A stretch of DNA of 64,000 nucleotides, from NCBI GenBank assembly GCA_965205855.1, contig OZ242184.1, forward strand, positions 1-64,000, read 5' to 3'. The notes beneath the pieces were generated by a model that saw nothing but the letters and a program-made list of their open reading frames with translations, had not been told where the DNA came from and did no database searches. This DNA is from Thermodesulfobacteriota bacterium. Lineage in GTDB: Bacteria > Desulfobacterota_D > UBA1144 > Nemesobacterales > Mycalebacteriaceae. Made by a program: the position numbers and the translations under genes. This document shows, piece after piece, positions 40,707-50,176 of this stretch (the first letter of the stretch is position 1; each line of letters begins with the position of its first letter).

Positions 40707-40726
40707 GCGCGTTTCAACCTCTTATT

Positions 40727-40757
40727 CGCAAACCCTTGCTTCGGCAGGGGTTTTGCG
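40727..40757. terminator. Stem-loop / probable terminator
   Basis: CGCAAACCCTTGC-TTCG-GCAGGGGTTTTGCG between convergent genes. Confidence 0.6.
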
Positions 40758-40848
40758 TATGGGTTGGGTGGGTATAATTGACATTGTAATACAGGTTGTT
40801 GAATACATATGGGGTTAGGTAATGGGGACTTATATACCTTGTTAGACA

Positions 40849-42255
40849 TTATCCCGCGCGGCAACTTTCAAGAATATCCATGACCGTCCCTTCAAGCAGT
40901 ATTCTAAGGTGCTTTTTCCCCTTTACCGCTTTGTGGGAATCACTCAGCGCCACTCCACCGGCCCAGATTATATCGCCCTTGTGAGTAAATACCGGTAACT
41001 GCTTTCTCAAAAAAAACGGTATTTTTCTGTTAACAAAGATGGATTTTAGTTTCTTTTTTCCTTTCATACCGAGCGGAATCGTTCTGTCTCCGGGCCTGAA
41101 ATTTCTGACTTCAATCGGAAAACCGGTTCTTTCAAGAGAAAAATGCCCGACATTTTGCCTACCCCACAGGGATGTATCGGCGGTTTTTTCAAAATGCGTC
41201 CGAATGCCGTCCGGAAGTTCGTGCATTCCTTCTTTTGTTACGGTCAGTTTGTAGTCGCCCGAAGAAGAGCTCCCGCGGCTCAGACGGAAAATATCGTAGC
41301 CTTTTTCCATTGTTACACCGCAAGGAAGACTCACCGCGCCGGAGGTTTTACCCGAAACCAAAAGAGTGTCCATTGCTTCCAGATGTGAAAACTCAAGTCT
41401 TTCAAGACCGCCCTTGATCGTTGAATACGCCGTCCTTAAAACCTCCGACCTCACGGCCTTGTGAAAACACGCGTATCCAGAAACCGACCCGACCGCAAAT
41501 CCGGCCGGGTTACCGTGAAAAAAAATCCGGTCAAAAGCGTCTACGGCTTGCAGCGATATGTATGAAGACTGCTGGCCGGCGGTGTCGGCAAGACGGTTGA
41601 GCGCGGAATTTATCTGCGGGTTGAATTTTTCAAGTAACGGAACAAGCGTCTTCCGGATTCTGTTTCTTGTAAAAACTGTTGACTCATTGCTGGTATCTTC
41701 AACCCATTTTTCATCTTTGTTTTTTATGTATTCGCCAACCTCTTTCCGCGAAATCATGACAAAGGGCCTTATCAAGTTGCCGGAACGCGGTTTTATTGAC
41801 GAAATTCCAAGCGTCCCGCTTCCTCTCAGAACTCTCATTAAAACCGTCTCGGCTCTGTCATCCATTGTGTGGGCGGTCGCGATTCTGTCCGCTCCGTTTT
41901 TTTCACAAACTTCGCGAAAAAAAGCGTACCTGAGTTCTCTTGCGCCTTGCTCTATCGAAAGCCTGTTGCGCTTTGAGAATGTTTTCGTATCTTCGGAGCG
42001 TATCTCAAACGGCAGACCTTTTTTTTCGCAAAGCGCGGCGACAAAATCGGCGTCACGCAGGGACTCACGCCCGCGCAGGCAGTGGTTGAAATGGCAAACA
42101 AAAATTTCGGGAGCATATTCCTCAAGTTCTCTCAGAGCCAGAAGAAGCGCGACTGAGTCCATGCCGCCAGAAACGCCCACAATCACCTTCATGCCGGGGC
42201 GGGGCAGCATATCAAAATCTCTGATGGCAACCCTGATTTTGTCTTGAAGGCTCAA
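40849..42255 (-). CDS. tilS: tRNA(Ile)-lysidine synthetase
   Basis: SGGMDS PP-loop, ARELRY, TAHTMDDRAET, RNRIR. Confidence 0.94.
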   Translation of the reverse strand: MSLQDKIRVAIRDFDMLPRPGMKVIVGVSGGMDSVALLLALRELEEYAPEIFVCHFNHCLRGRESLRDADFVAALCEKKGLPFEIRSEDTKTFSKRNRLSIEQGARELRYAFFREVCEKNGADRIATAHTMDDRAETVLMRVLRGSGTLGISSIKPRSGNLIRPFVMISRKEVGEYIKNKDEKWVEDTSNESTVFTRNRIRKTLVPLLEKFNPQINSALNRLADTAGQQSSYISLQAVDAFDRIFFHGNPAGFAVGSVSGYACFHKAVRSEVLRTAYSTIKGGLERLEFSHLEAMDTLLVSGKTSGAVSLPCGVTMEKGYDIFRLSRGSSSSGDYKLTVTKEGMHELPDGIRTHFEKTADTSLWGRQNVGHFSLERTGFPIEVRNFRPGDRTIPLGMKGKKKLKSIFVNRKIPFFLRKQLPVFTHKGDIIWAGGVALSDSHKAVKGKKHLRILLEGTVMDILESCRAG

Positions 42256-42899
42256 TCTTTTGACGCGGCCAGCCCGCCGGAAATAATTACATTAAAAGCG
42301 TGCTCAACGGACATGGGAATTTCCCTCACTTTGGACTCCGGAACCATCACATAAAAACCGCTTGTGGGATTTGGAGTTGTGGGCAGAAAAATATTCACAA
42401 GGGTTTCGTCAAGAATGTTATGTCCTTGTCCAGGCTTCATTTTGTTCATAAGAAAACCTATCGCGTAGACTCCCTCCTTAGGGTACTCAAAAATCACAAC
42501 TCTTCTGTTTTGCTCCTCTCCAGAACCTGCTGTGAAGAAAAGCGTTTTTAATATCTGTTTTGAGGCGTTGTAAGCGGTTCTGACAAGTGGAATTGTAAGT
42601 ATTATGGACTCAACAAAACTCACAAGCCGGTTGCCTATTATATTTCTCGCCGTGTATCCGGTGAGAACGACAAGAAAAACCGTACAGAAAACCCCTATTG
42701 AGAAAGAAATAAGTTTGAAGACCCAGTCGGGAAAAGAGTAGTTGTAAATTGAATTTTCAAGCACCATTGCCGGCACGGCGCTGACAAGCGAGTATATCCA
42801 GAGTGAAACTTTGTAAGTAAAAAAAAGCGACAACCCAAACGGAACAATGACCACCAGCCCCGTCAGAAAACCCGCTCTAATCCAGTTAACTAAACGCAT
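42252..42899 (-). CDS. DUF502 family membrane protein
   Basis: FLPTTPNPTSGF and IISGG motifs. Confidence 0.88.
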   Translation of the reverse strand: MRLVNWIRAGFLTGLVVIVPFGLSLFFTYKVSLWIYSLVSAVPAMVLENSIYNYSFPDWVFKLISFSIGVFCTVFLVVLTGYTARNIIGNRLVSFVESIILTIPLVRTAYNASKQILKTLFFTAGSGEEQNRRVVIFEYPKEGVYAIGFLMNKMKPGQGHNILDETLVNIFLPTTPNPTSGFYVMVPESKVREIPMSVEHAFNVIISGGLAASKD

Positions 42900-42900
42900 A

Positions 42901-43200
42901 TCAGTCGGGTTTGGAAACCTTGGAACCAGCTGCCGTACGCAAAATCCTGCTGGATTTAAAAACAACCTCATTTCTTGAGGGAATTTCCACTACCTCCCCA
43001 GTGGAAGGATTTCTCCCTTTTCTGGGCTTTCTTTTTTTTACATAAAGGCTCCCAAAACGCGGCAGTTTCACAGAATTGCCTTTTTTCAGGGAGTTTTTTA
43101 CGGTGTCAAAAAAATAGTCCACAATATCGGCGGCTTCTCTTTTTGAAAACCCCAGTTTTGTGTTTATCGGGTCCGCCAGGTCTTTTTTTGTTATAGCCAT
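42901..43200 (-). CDS. ihfA: Integration host factor subunit alpha
   Basis: MAITKKDL, GRNPSTG; canonical position downstream of pheT. Confidence 0.88.
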   Translation of the reverse strand: MAITKKDLADPINTKLGFSKREAADIVDYFFDTVKNSLKKGNSVKLPRFGSLYVKKRKPRKGRNPSTGEVVEIPSRNEVVFKSSRILRTAAGSKVSKPD

Positions 43201-43206
43201 TGTTTT

Positions 43207-45639
43207 TTATCTGGTTGTGGCTCCGAAAGTGTCTCCGAGAACGCGAACGGCTTTTTCACGAACCGTGTTCGCTTCCTCGTCGGTAAGGGTTTTTTCCGAA
43301 GACCTTAAAAGCATTGAAATTCCCACGCTTTTCATATTTTTACCTATGGACTCATCCTCAAAAAGGTCAAAAATCCAAACATCCTCAACAAGAGGACTTG
43401 TCTCTTTAACTCCCGATATTATACTGCCGATTTCAAGGTCTCTGTCCACAAGAAAGGCCACATCGCGCCTTACCGGGGGAAATTTGGGGAACGGAGAAAA
43501 AACAGGATTTCCACCCGCCGCGCAAACGCGGAGTTTCTCAAATTTGAGTTCAAGCGCGACAATGCGTTTCGCATCAAAATCAAATCCGCATGCCGTCCGA
43601 GGATGTATTTCCCCTATGTCTCCGAGCTCCGTTCCGTCCTTGAAAACAATCCGCGCGCTTTTTCCTGGATGAAAATAACCTTTGTCCGAGCCGGAAAGGA
43701 AATCAACCGCACCGGCAAAAGAATCGCCGCCGGGGAAAACCCCAAGGGCCTTTTCAACAAGACCCTTCATATCAAAAAAATCAAAATCCCCCGCGTCCCA
43801 CAATTCACTTGCACCTTCGCCTGCGGCAATCGCGGAAAAAACCCTTTCCTCTCCGGGCAACTGTCCTTCGCCCTTGTGGTAGAAAATCTTGCCGAGCTCA
43901 AAAAGCCTCACATCCGCGCGTTGTCTGGAAAGATTGAATCTCAGGTTCCTAATTAAACCCGCGAGAAGGGTTCCTCTCATTGCCGAAAGCTCCTTTGATA
44001 TGGGGTTGAGAACCTCAACCATCCCGCCCGAGTCAAACATCCGTAAAATATCGGGACTGTCAAACCCGTAGTTCACCGCCTCTGAAAAACCGTTAAGAAT
44101 AAAGACATTTTTCATTGAGTCTTCCGCATCGCCACCGTGGTCGGTTTTCAGCACGCTCATGCCGAATTTCGGCTCGGTTTTTGGTATGTTGTTGTATCCG
44201 ACAAGACGGGCAATTTCCTCGGTAATATCGGCGGGCCGTGAAATGTCGGTCCTGAAAGAGGGAACTTTGAGGGACAGAACATCGTCTCCGCAATCCGACA
44301 CCTCAAAACCCAGAGAGACCAACATTCTTTCGGCTTCCCGCCTTCCGACACCGATTCCGAGAAAATTTCCGGTTTTTTCAAGCGAAATATCAACCTCGCG
44401 CGGTTTTATCTCAACCGGATAGACATCGGTGAATCCTCTCATATCCAGACCGCCCGCGATTGATTTTATAAGAGATGCCGCCCTTTGAAGAGCCACGGGA
44501 GCAAGAGAAGGGTCAACGCCTCTTTCAAACCTGTAAGAAGATTCCGATGACAACTTCAGGCGTTTGGAAGCACGCCTTATAACCGCCGGATTGAAGCACG
44601 CCGCTTCAAGCAGAACATTTTTTGTCGCTTCGCTCACCCCGGAAGTTTCACCGCCCATTATGCCGGCAATTGCGACCGGCGCGTCCGAATCCGCTATGAC
44701 AAGATCGGCCGGTTTCAATTGATACGCTTTGGAGTCAAGAGCCTTGACGGACTCTTCCTGCGCAGCATTCCTGACCGTCAGACACCCACCCTTGAGAAGG
44801 TCGCGGTCAAATGCGTGAAGGGGTTGACCGAACTCAAGAAGAACAAGGTTTGTAACATCCACAATGTTATTAACCGGCTTGATTCCGCACGCGGAAAGCC
44901 GCGCCCTGAGCCACAACGGCGATTGCCCAACTTCAACTCCGTTCACAACTCCGCAACAGTAGCGAAGACATGCGTCTTTGTTCTCAATCCGCGCCGTAAC
45001 CGCCTTTTCATCGGGTTCGGGGTCAGGTCTTTTAACACCGCCCGGTTTAAGAACGCCGGGAACTTTAAGCATTCTGCCAGTCGCAACGGCGATTTCCCGC
45101 GCAATCCCCAAAATACCCAGACAATCCGGTCTGTTCGGCGTAACGGCCACTTCAATAACAACATCTTCAACGCCGGGAATATCCCCAAGCGGTGTCCCCG
45201 GCGCAACCAAGTCCGGCAGTATCATAATTCCTTCGGATTTGGCGATGGAGATTCCAATCTCTTCTTCGGCGCAAAGCATACCGCCAGACTCGTATCCCCG
45301 TATTTTGGCGCGTTTTATCGTCATCCCTTCCGGAAACACAGGAGTTTTCGGCAACACCGCGCCCGGAAGCGCAAGCACGGCGATGTCTCCGGCCTTCATG
45401 TTTGATGCGCCGCAGACAATTTTATGAATATTTTTCCCGTCCGTAACAGAGCAAAGAGACAAACGGTCAGCGTTCGGGTGTGGTGTTATATCTTCTATCC
45501 GAACTGCGACAACGCCGGACGGAGCAAGAAATGAAATTGACTCCGTCTCAAGGCCCGCCATTGTGAGCGTTTCACCCAACTCGGCGGGAGAAAGATCAAA
45601 ATCCACATATTCTTTCAGCCATTTTACAGTTGCTCTCAT
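43207..45639 (-). CDS. pheT: Phenylalanine--tRNA ligase beta subunit
   Basis: HPNADRL, TPNRPDCLG, SESSYRFERGVD, FPPVRRDVAF. Confidence 0.96.
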   Translation of the reverse strand: MRATVKWLKEYVDFDLSPAELGETLTMAGLETESISFLAPSGVVAVRIEDITPHPNADRLSLCSVTDGKNIHKIVCGASNMKAGDIAVLALPGAVLPKTPVFPEGMTIKRAKIRGYESGGMLCAEEEIGISIAKSEGIMILPDLVAPGTPLGDIPGVEDVVIEVAVTPNRPDCLGILGIAREIAVATGRMLKVPGVLKPGGVKRPDPEPDEKAVTARIENKDACLRYCCGVVNGVEVGQSPLWLRARLSACGIKPVNNIVDVTNLVLLEFGQPLHAFDRDLLKGGCLTVRNAAQEESVKALDSKAYQLKPADLVIADSDAPVAIAGIMGGETSGVSEATKNVLLEAACFNPAVIRRASKRLKLSSESSYRFERGVDPSLAPVALQRAASLIKSIAGGLDMRGFTDVYPVEIKPREVDISLEKTGNFLGIGVGRREAERMLVSLGFEVSDCGDDVLSLKVPSFRTDISRPADITEEIARLVGYNNIPKTEPKFGMSVLKTDHGGDAEDSMKNVFILNGFSEAVNYGFDSPDILRMFDSGGMVEVLNPISKELSAMRGTLLAGLIRNLRFNLSRQRADVRLFELGKIFYHKGEGQLPGEERVFSAIAAGEGASELWDAGDFDFFDMKGLVEKALGVFPGGDSFAGAVDFLSGSDKGYFHPGKSARIVFKDGTELGDIGEIHPRTACGFDFDAKRIVALELKFEKLRVCAAGGNPVFSPFPKFPPVRRDVAFLVDRDLEIGSIISGVKETSPLVEDVWIFDLFEDESIGKNMKSVGISMLLRSSEKTLTDEEANTVREKAVRVLGDTFGATTR

Positions 45640-45710
45640 ATAAAAAACCCTCGCAGGACGGTTATTATTGTAAAATAATTGGAATATAAATCAAACCACG
45701 GACGGCACTT

Positions 45711-46877
45711 ATGACAAAGAGGAATCGGCGTTCGGAAAGCGCCGTGCCTGAAAACGAACTGTCGCGCGCGGTTGCGGACGAAATATGCAAACGCGGCGCA
45801 ATCACCTTTGAACGCTTTATGGAAAGGGCTCTTTACGACAAGGGGTTCGGATATTACTCAAGTGGCGCGGCGGAAATCGGAAAAAAAGGGGATTTTTACA
45901 CAAGTCCGGCGGCGCATCGGGCTTTCGGGGAAACACTTGCGCGGCTCATAGGAGTTTTGAGAAAACATATTGACTCGGCTTTGTACGCGGAAAAAATGAC
46001 CGTTCTGGAAGTCGGCGGCGGAAACGGCGGACTTGCGCTTGATATTCTCTCCGCTCTTGCAAAAACCGACCCCGATGCTTACAACTCCGTCGAATACATA
46101 ATTGTTGACCGTGCGAAACCGCGAAAATGCGTAGTCTCGGGCAAGCACTCAAACTTCCGCAGAGTGGAGAGTTTTTCCGATATTGGAAAACAGATAAGCG
46201 GAATTGTCCTTTCAAATGAGTTGTTTGACGCTCTCGCGTTTCACCGGCTTGTGTTCAGAAACGGACGCATAAGGGAGATTTGCGTCTCAAAATCTGAAGA
46301 CGGATTTATTGATATCGAAACCGCTCCTTCAAAGGACAAGCTGGTTAAATACTTTGACAGATGCGGCGGTGTGGAAAAAATGGGTTTTGCCGAGGGGCAA
46401 CGGTTTGAGGTTTCAACCTCTGCGGCGAAAATGCTCAAACAGATGTCCAGAATACTGAAAAAGGGCGTGATTCTTATAATAGACTACGGGTTTCAAACGG
46501 ATGAGCTGTTCAGCCCAGACAGAATGGCGGGAACCTTCAAATGCGTTTCGAGCCACCAGATAAACGAATCCCCCTATGAAAACATAGGAAAACAGGACAT
46601 TACAGCGCATGTTGATTTCGGAAACCTTGAAAAAACCGGCGAGGTGTCAGGTCTTGAAACCTTGAAATACACAACACAGGGGCAGTTTCTTGTTGACTGG
46701 GGAATAATGGAGATAGCCGAGCGCAATCCAGACGACATATTCGCGATTAAAAACCTGTTTATGCCCGGAATGATGGGCGACCGCTTTCGGGTTCTGATGC
46801 AGATAAAAAACGCCAGAAAACTGAAAAACGGGTTTTACCCCGAAAGTCCGGTCAGAATTTCGTTCGGAGTGAGTTAG
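45711..46877 (+). CDS. SAM-dependent methyltransferase, MidA/NDUFAF7 family
   Basis: GDFYTSP, EVGGGNG, SNELFDAL, IDYG, QDITAHVDF. Confidence 0.9.
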   Translation: MTKRNRRSESAVPENELSRAVADEICKRGAITFERFMERALYDKGFGYYSSGAAEIGKKGDFYTSPAAHRAFGETLARLIGVLRKHIDSALYAEKMTVLEVGGGNGGLALDILSALAKTDPDAYNSVEYIIVDRAKPRKCVVSGKHSNFRRVESFSDIGKQISGIVLSNELFDALAFHRLVFRNGRIREICVSKSEDGFIDIETAPSKDKLVKYFDRCGGVEKMGFAEGQRFEVSTSAAKMLKQMSRILKKGVILIIDYGFQTDELFSPDRMAGTFKCVSSHQINESPYENIGKQDITAHVDFGNLEKTGEVSGLETLKYTTQGQFLVDWGIMEIAERNPDDIFAIKNLFMPGMMGDRFRVLMQIKNARKLKNGFYPESPVRISFGVS

Positions 46878-47011
46878 TCCGCAATGTATAATTTCCAACG
46901 GTTTTAACTTCAAATCAATTTGAGAAAAAATATACGGATAAAAGACACACTTGACACCTGACCCTCTGCCGTTACAGTAAATCTCATACTAAAACTGCGA
47001 GGTGAAGACTG

Positions 47012-47695
47012 ATGGCGGATTCAATCTACAAAAACAACATCGGCCCCGAAATGGGCAAATTTAAAGATGCAAACTCTGAGTTGTTTAACTCATGGATGGC
47101 TTATCACGATAGTGTTTTTACCGACGGCGCTCTCTCTGTAAAAGAAAAACAACTGGTTGCGCTTGCCGTTGCGCACATCACATCATGCCCTTATTGCATA
47201 CGCTCACGCGCCGCCGCTTCAATGAAAGCCGGAGCGACAGAGCAGGAGATTGTTGAGGTAATCTATGTCGCAATGCGTCTCGCAATGGGAGCGCCATACG
47301 CCTTTTCAAGCATAGCGTTTGAGGCGTGGGACCACCTTGAGGCGGGAGTTCCGCTCAGCGAAGGGCATTTTTTCAAGAAAAACATCGCCCATGAGATTAG
47401 CTGTTTCAAAGAGGAAAGCGGCGACATAGCGGACCAGTTCGGCAAATTTCACAAAAAGACCTTTGAAGACGGTGCGCTTACAAAGAAATTCAAGCGCGGC
47501 ATTGTTGCCACCGCTTGCGCGCTTGTAACAAAATGCCCTTACTGCATAAGGTCCTGCGTAAAAGACGGCAAAGCGGACGGAGTTACATCCAAAGAGATAG
47601 CCGAAACCATCAATGTGGCGATGGTTATGGCCGCAGGGGCTTGCTGGGCGCATTCTTCCATAGCAATGGAGGCGGTTGCGGCGGCAAAAAAATGA
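47012..47695 (+). CDS. Carboxymuconolactone decarboxylase / AhpD-like protein with two tandem domains
   Basis: Two repeats of DGAL...CPYCIRS...EI.E.I.VAM; TTGACA-N16-TACAGT upstream. Confidence 0.85.
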   Translation: MADSIYKNNIGPEMGKFKDANSELFNSWMAYHDSVFTDGALSVKEKQLVALAVAHITSCPYCIRSRAAASMKAGATEQEIVEVIYVAMRLAMGAPYAFSSIAFEAWDHLEAGVPLSEGHFFKKNIAHEISCFKEESGDIADQFGKFHKKTFEDGALTKKFKRGIVATACALVTKCPYCIRSCVKDGKADGVTSKEIAETINVAMVMAAGACWAHSSIAMEAVAAAKK

Positions 47696-47722
47696 CCGCA
47701 AGCGCCGTTTGACAACCCCGCA

Positions 47723-49096
47723 ATGGCGGGCGAAACCATATCAGCAATAGCAACGCCGCCCGGAAAGGGCGGCATTTGCGTTATACGAATAAGCGGAGAG
47801 AACACCCTTTCCGTAATAACCAAGCTCTTTATGTTTCACGGGAAACATCGGGAATTTAAGCCGCGGATGCTGTATACCGGAAACATTGCCGATCCTGCGG
47901 ATAAAACCGTTGTGGACAGCGCAATGTGCGTTTTTATGAAATCCCCGAGCTCATACACGGGAGAAGACTACGCCGAAATTCATTGTCACGGAGGGCTTGC
48001 CTGCTCCGCGGCAATTATGGACCTGACACTGAAACACGGTTGTAGAACCGCAAATCCGGGAGAATTTACGCAAAGGTCGTTTCTTAACGGCAAGATGGAT
48101 CTCTCCCAAGCTCAGGCTGTCGCAGATATAATAAACGCACAGACCGGACTTGGACTCAAACAGGCGGGTTTGCAGCTTGCGGGCGGGCTTTCGGACAAAA
48201 TCAACAGCGAAAAAGCGCAGTTGCTTGAACTGCTTGCCGAGATTGAAGCGCGAATAGATTTTCCCGAAGAAAAGACAGGCAAAGTTAAGAACAAAGCAAT
48301 GAGAAAAACCGCTCAAGATGTGGGCGAAAACTTCAAATCGCTACTTTCCACATATACAACAGGACATTTGATACGAGAAGGCGCAAGCATAGCCATAACC
48401 GGAAGACCGAATGTTGGAAAATCAAGTCTTATGAACTCTCTGCTCGGAAGAAAGCGTTCCATAACAAGCCACGAACCCGGAACGACAAGAGACTACATTG
48501 AGGAACAGTCTTCAATAGGTGGCATAGCGGTACGTTTTACCGACACTGCGGGAATCAGGGAAGCTGAAAGTGAGGCCGAAAAAACGGGAATAGATATGGC
48601 TCGCGACAAGGCGCTCGGTGCGGATATACGGATTTTGGTTGTTGACGGAAGCGTTCCGGCTTGTGTAGAAGACATAAAAACAGTTAAAAACGCTTTGGAA
48701 AACACAGTGCTGGCGGTCAACAAGGCGGATTTGGGCAAATACGCGATAAAAGCCTTTCTGGAGAGATTTCCAAAAGAAAAGACCGTTTCCACATCGGCAA
48801 AAACAGGCGAAGGTATAAAAGAACTGAAAAAAACAATAGGCACAATCCTCATGTCAGACTCCCGACCCATAGAAAGCAACGAAGCCGTACTAACGGGGAT
48901 ACGGCAGAAAAAAGCGGTTGAAAAGGCGCTTGACGCAATCAACATCTTCCTCGAGCTTCTCAAAGACGAAGAATCGCCTGAAATACTGTCAATAAAGGTC
49001 AGAGAAGCAATGGATGCTCTCGGGGAAATAACCGGAGAGACCACAACGGAAGAACTGCTTGGCGTTATTTTCGGAAAGTTTTGCATCGGAAAGTAG
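47723..49096 (+). CDS. mnmE: tRNA modification GTPase MnmE
   Basis: TISAIATPPG, GRPNVGKSS, DTAGIR, FCIGK. Confidence 0.97.
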   Translation: MAGETISAIATPPGKGGICVIRISGENTLSVITKLFMFHGKHREFKPRMLYTGNIADPADKTVVDSAMCVFMKSPSSYTGEDYAEIHCHGGLACSAAIMDLTLKHGCRTANPGEFTQRSFLNGKMDLSQAQAVADIINAQTGLGLKQAGLQLAGGLSDKINSEKAQLLELLAEIEARIDFPEEKTGKVKNKAMRKTAQDVGENFKSLLSTYTTGHLIREGASIAITGRPNVGKSSLMNSLLGRKRSITSHEPGTTRDYIEEQSSIGGIAVRFTDTAGIREAESEAEKTGIDMARDKALGADIRILVVDGSVPACVEDIKTVKNALENTVLAVNKADLGKYAIKAFLERFPKEKTVSTSAKTGEGIKELKKTIGTILMSDSRPIESNEAVLTGIRQKKAVEKALDAINIFLELLKDEESPEILSIKVREAMDALGEITGETTTEELLGVIFGKFCIGK

Positions 49097-49112
49097 GTTG
49101 TTTTACAAATGG

Positions 49113-49297
49113 TGTTTCATGTGGAAAATTGGGTACTTCTCTATACAAGTATCCCAACGTTTTTTGAATCTTGTGGATGGACACGGCTTATCTCTGGTTG
49201 TATCCACAAATTTTTTAAGATATTCACTCTCAAATAATCAATAATCCCTCTCTAGTAGAATTGAAGTTTTCCACACTTTCCACAAAGTTGTGGAAAA
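49113..49297. promoter_or_regulatory. Candidate replication origin (DnaA-box cluster, parS-like site, AT-rich stretch)
   Basis: TTTTCCACA at 49120(-), 49267(+) and 49289(-); CTTTCCACA 49276; GTATCCACA 49200; TGTGGATGG 49172; TGTTTCATGTGGAAAA 49113-49128 resembles parS; immediately after mnmE. Confidence 0.62.
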
Positions 49298-49327
49298 CAT
49301 TATTAAAAAGAAAGGGTCAAGTCTTGT

Positions 49328-50176
49328 TCATACCCATTTAAAATACTGATACAAAAGACTTTTCAAGATTTTATAAGAGTTTTGAACAGATGTTGAAAAA
49401 GTAAGGGTCATGTCTTGGATTTTCAACTTTTCCACAAGAGTCATTCCTTCCAAAGAGTTTGTGGCAAAAACAAAATCCGCCTGCATCATATCTTCGGGGC
49501 GGAAGAGGCGTTGTGATACCGCAAAGCCGTTTTCAGAGGCAATTTCAATCAGAGTTTCCCGTGTAATGCCCGGCAGTATTCCACAGCCCAGCGGCGGAGT
49601 GAAAATATCACCGTCTTTTCCCCAGAAGATATTGCGGCAGGTTGTTTCGGTAACAAAGCCGTCTGGGGTGAGGAAAAGGGTGTCGTCAAAATGTCTTTTT
49701 TTCGCCGCTCTCATTGCAAGCACATTTTCCAGATAATTGAGCGATTTAATTCCCGAAAGCGGAGAATAATTCCTTGAATATTCCATGCCGGAACAAATTA
49801 TTTTCAAATTTTGCTTCAATAATTGTTCGGATATTTCTGTTACGGAAATTATTGTTTGAAAAGAATCGGGTTCTGCGAAAAAAGGCGTGCAAGAACCGCC
49901 GGCAACCACACATAGTTTTACTGCGCAATCTTGAAACTCGCTTTTTTGCACAGCTTCGAAAATTTCTTCAGTTATTTTTTCGCCGTCCGGTTCGGGAATT
50001 TGAAGAACGGAAGCTCCGTGCAAAATTCTTTTTATGTGTTTTTTCAAACAAACGGGACAGGAGCCTTTCCATCTCATCGTTTCAAAAACTCCGTCTCCGT
50101 AGAAAATTCCCTTTAAAGAAATTCCCCCGATGTCGGAAATCTCTTTTCCTTTAATATAGACACGCTGATTTTTCAT
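49328..50176 (-). CDS. pabC: Aminotransferase class IV / 4-amino-4-deoxychorismate lyase-like
   Basis: YGDGVFETMR, IKSLNYLEN, ILPGITR; adjacent to a pabB-like gene. Confidence 0.75.
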   Translation of the reverse strand: MKNQRVYIKGKEISDIGGISLKGIFYGDGVFETMRWKGSCPVCLKKHIKRILHGASVLQIPEPDGEKITEEIFEAVQKSEFQDCAVKLCVVAGGSCTPFFAEPDSFQTIISVTEISEQLLKQNLKIICSGMEYSRNYSPLSGIKSLNYLENVLAMRAAKKRHFDDTLFLTPDGFVTETTCRNIFWGKDGDIFTPPLGCGILPGITRETLIEIASENGFAVSQRLFRPEDMMQADFVFATNSLEGMTLVEKLKIQDMTLTFSTSVQNSYKILKSLLYQYFKWV

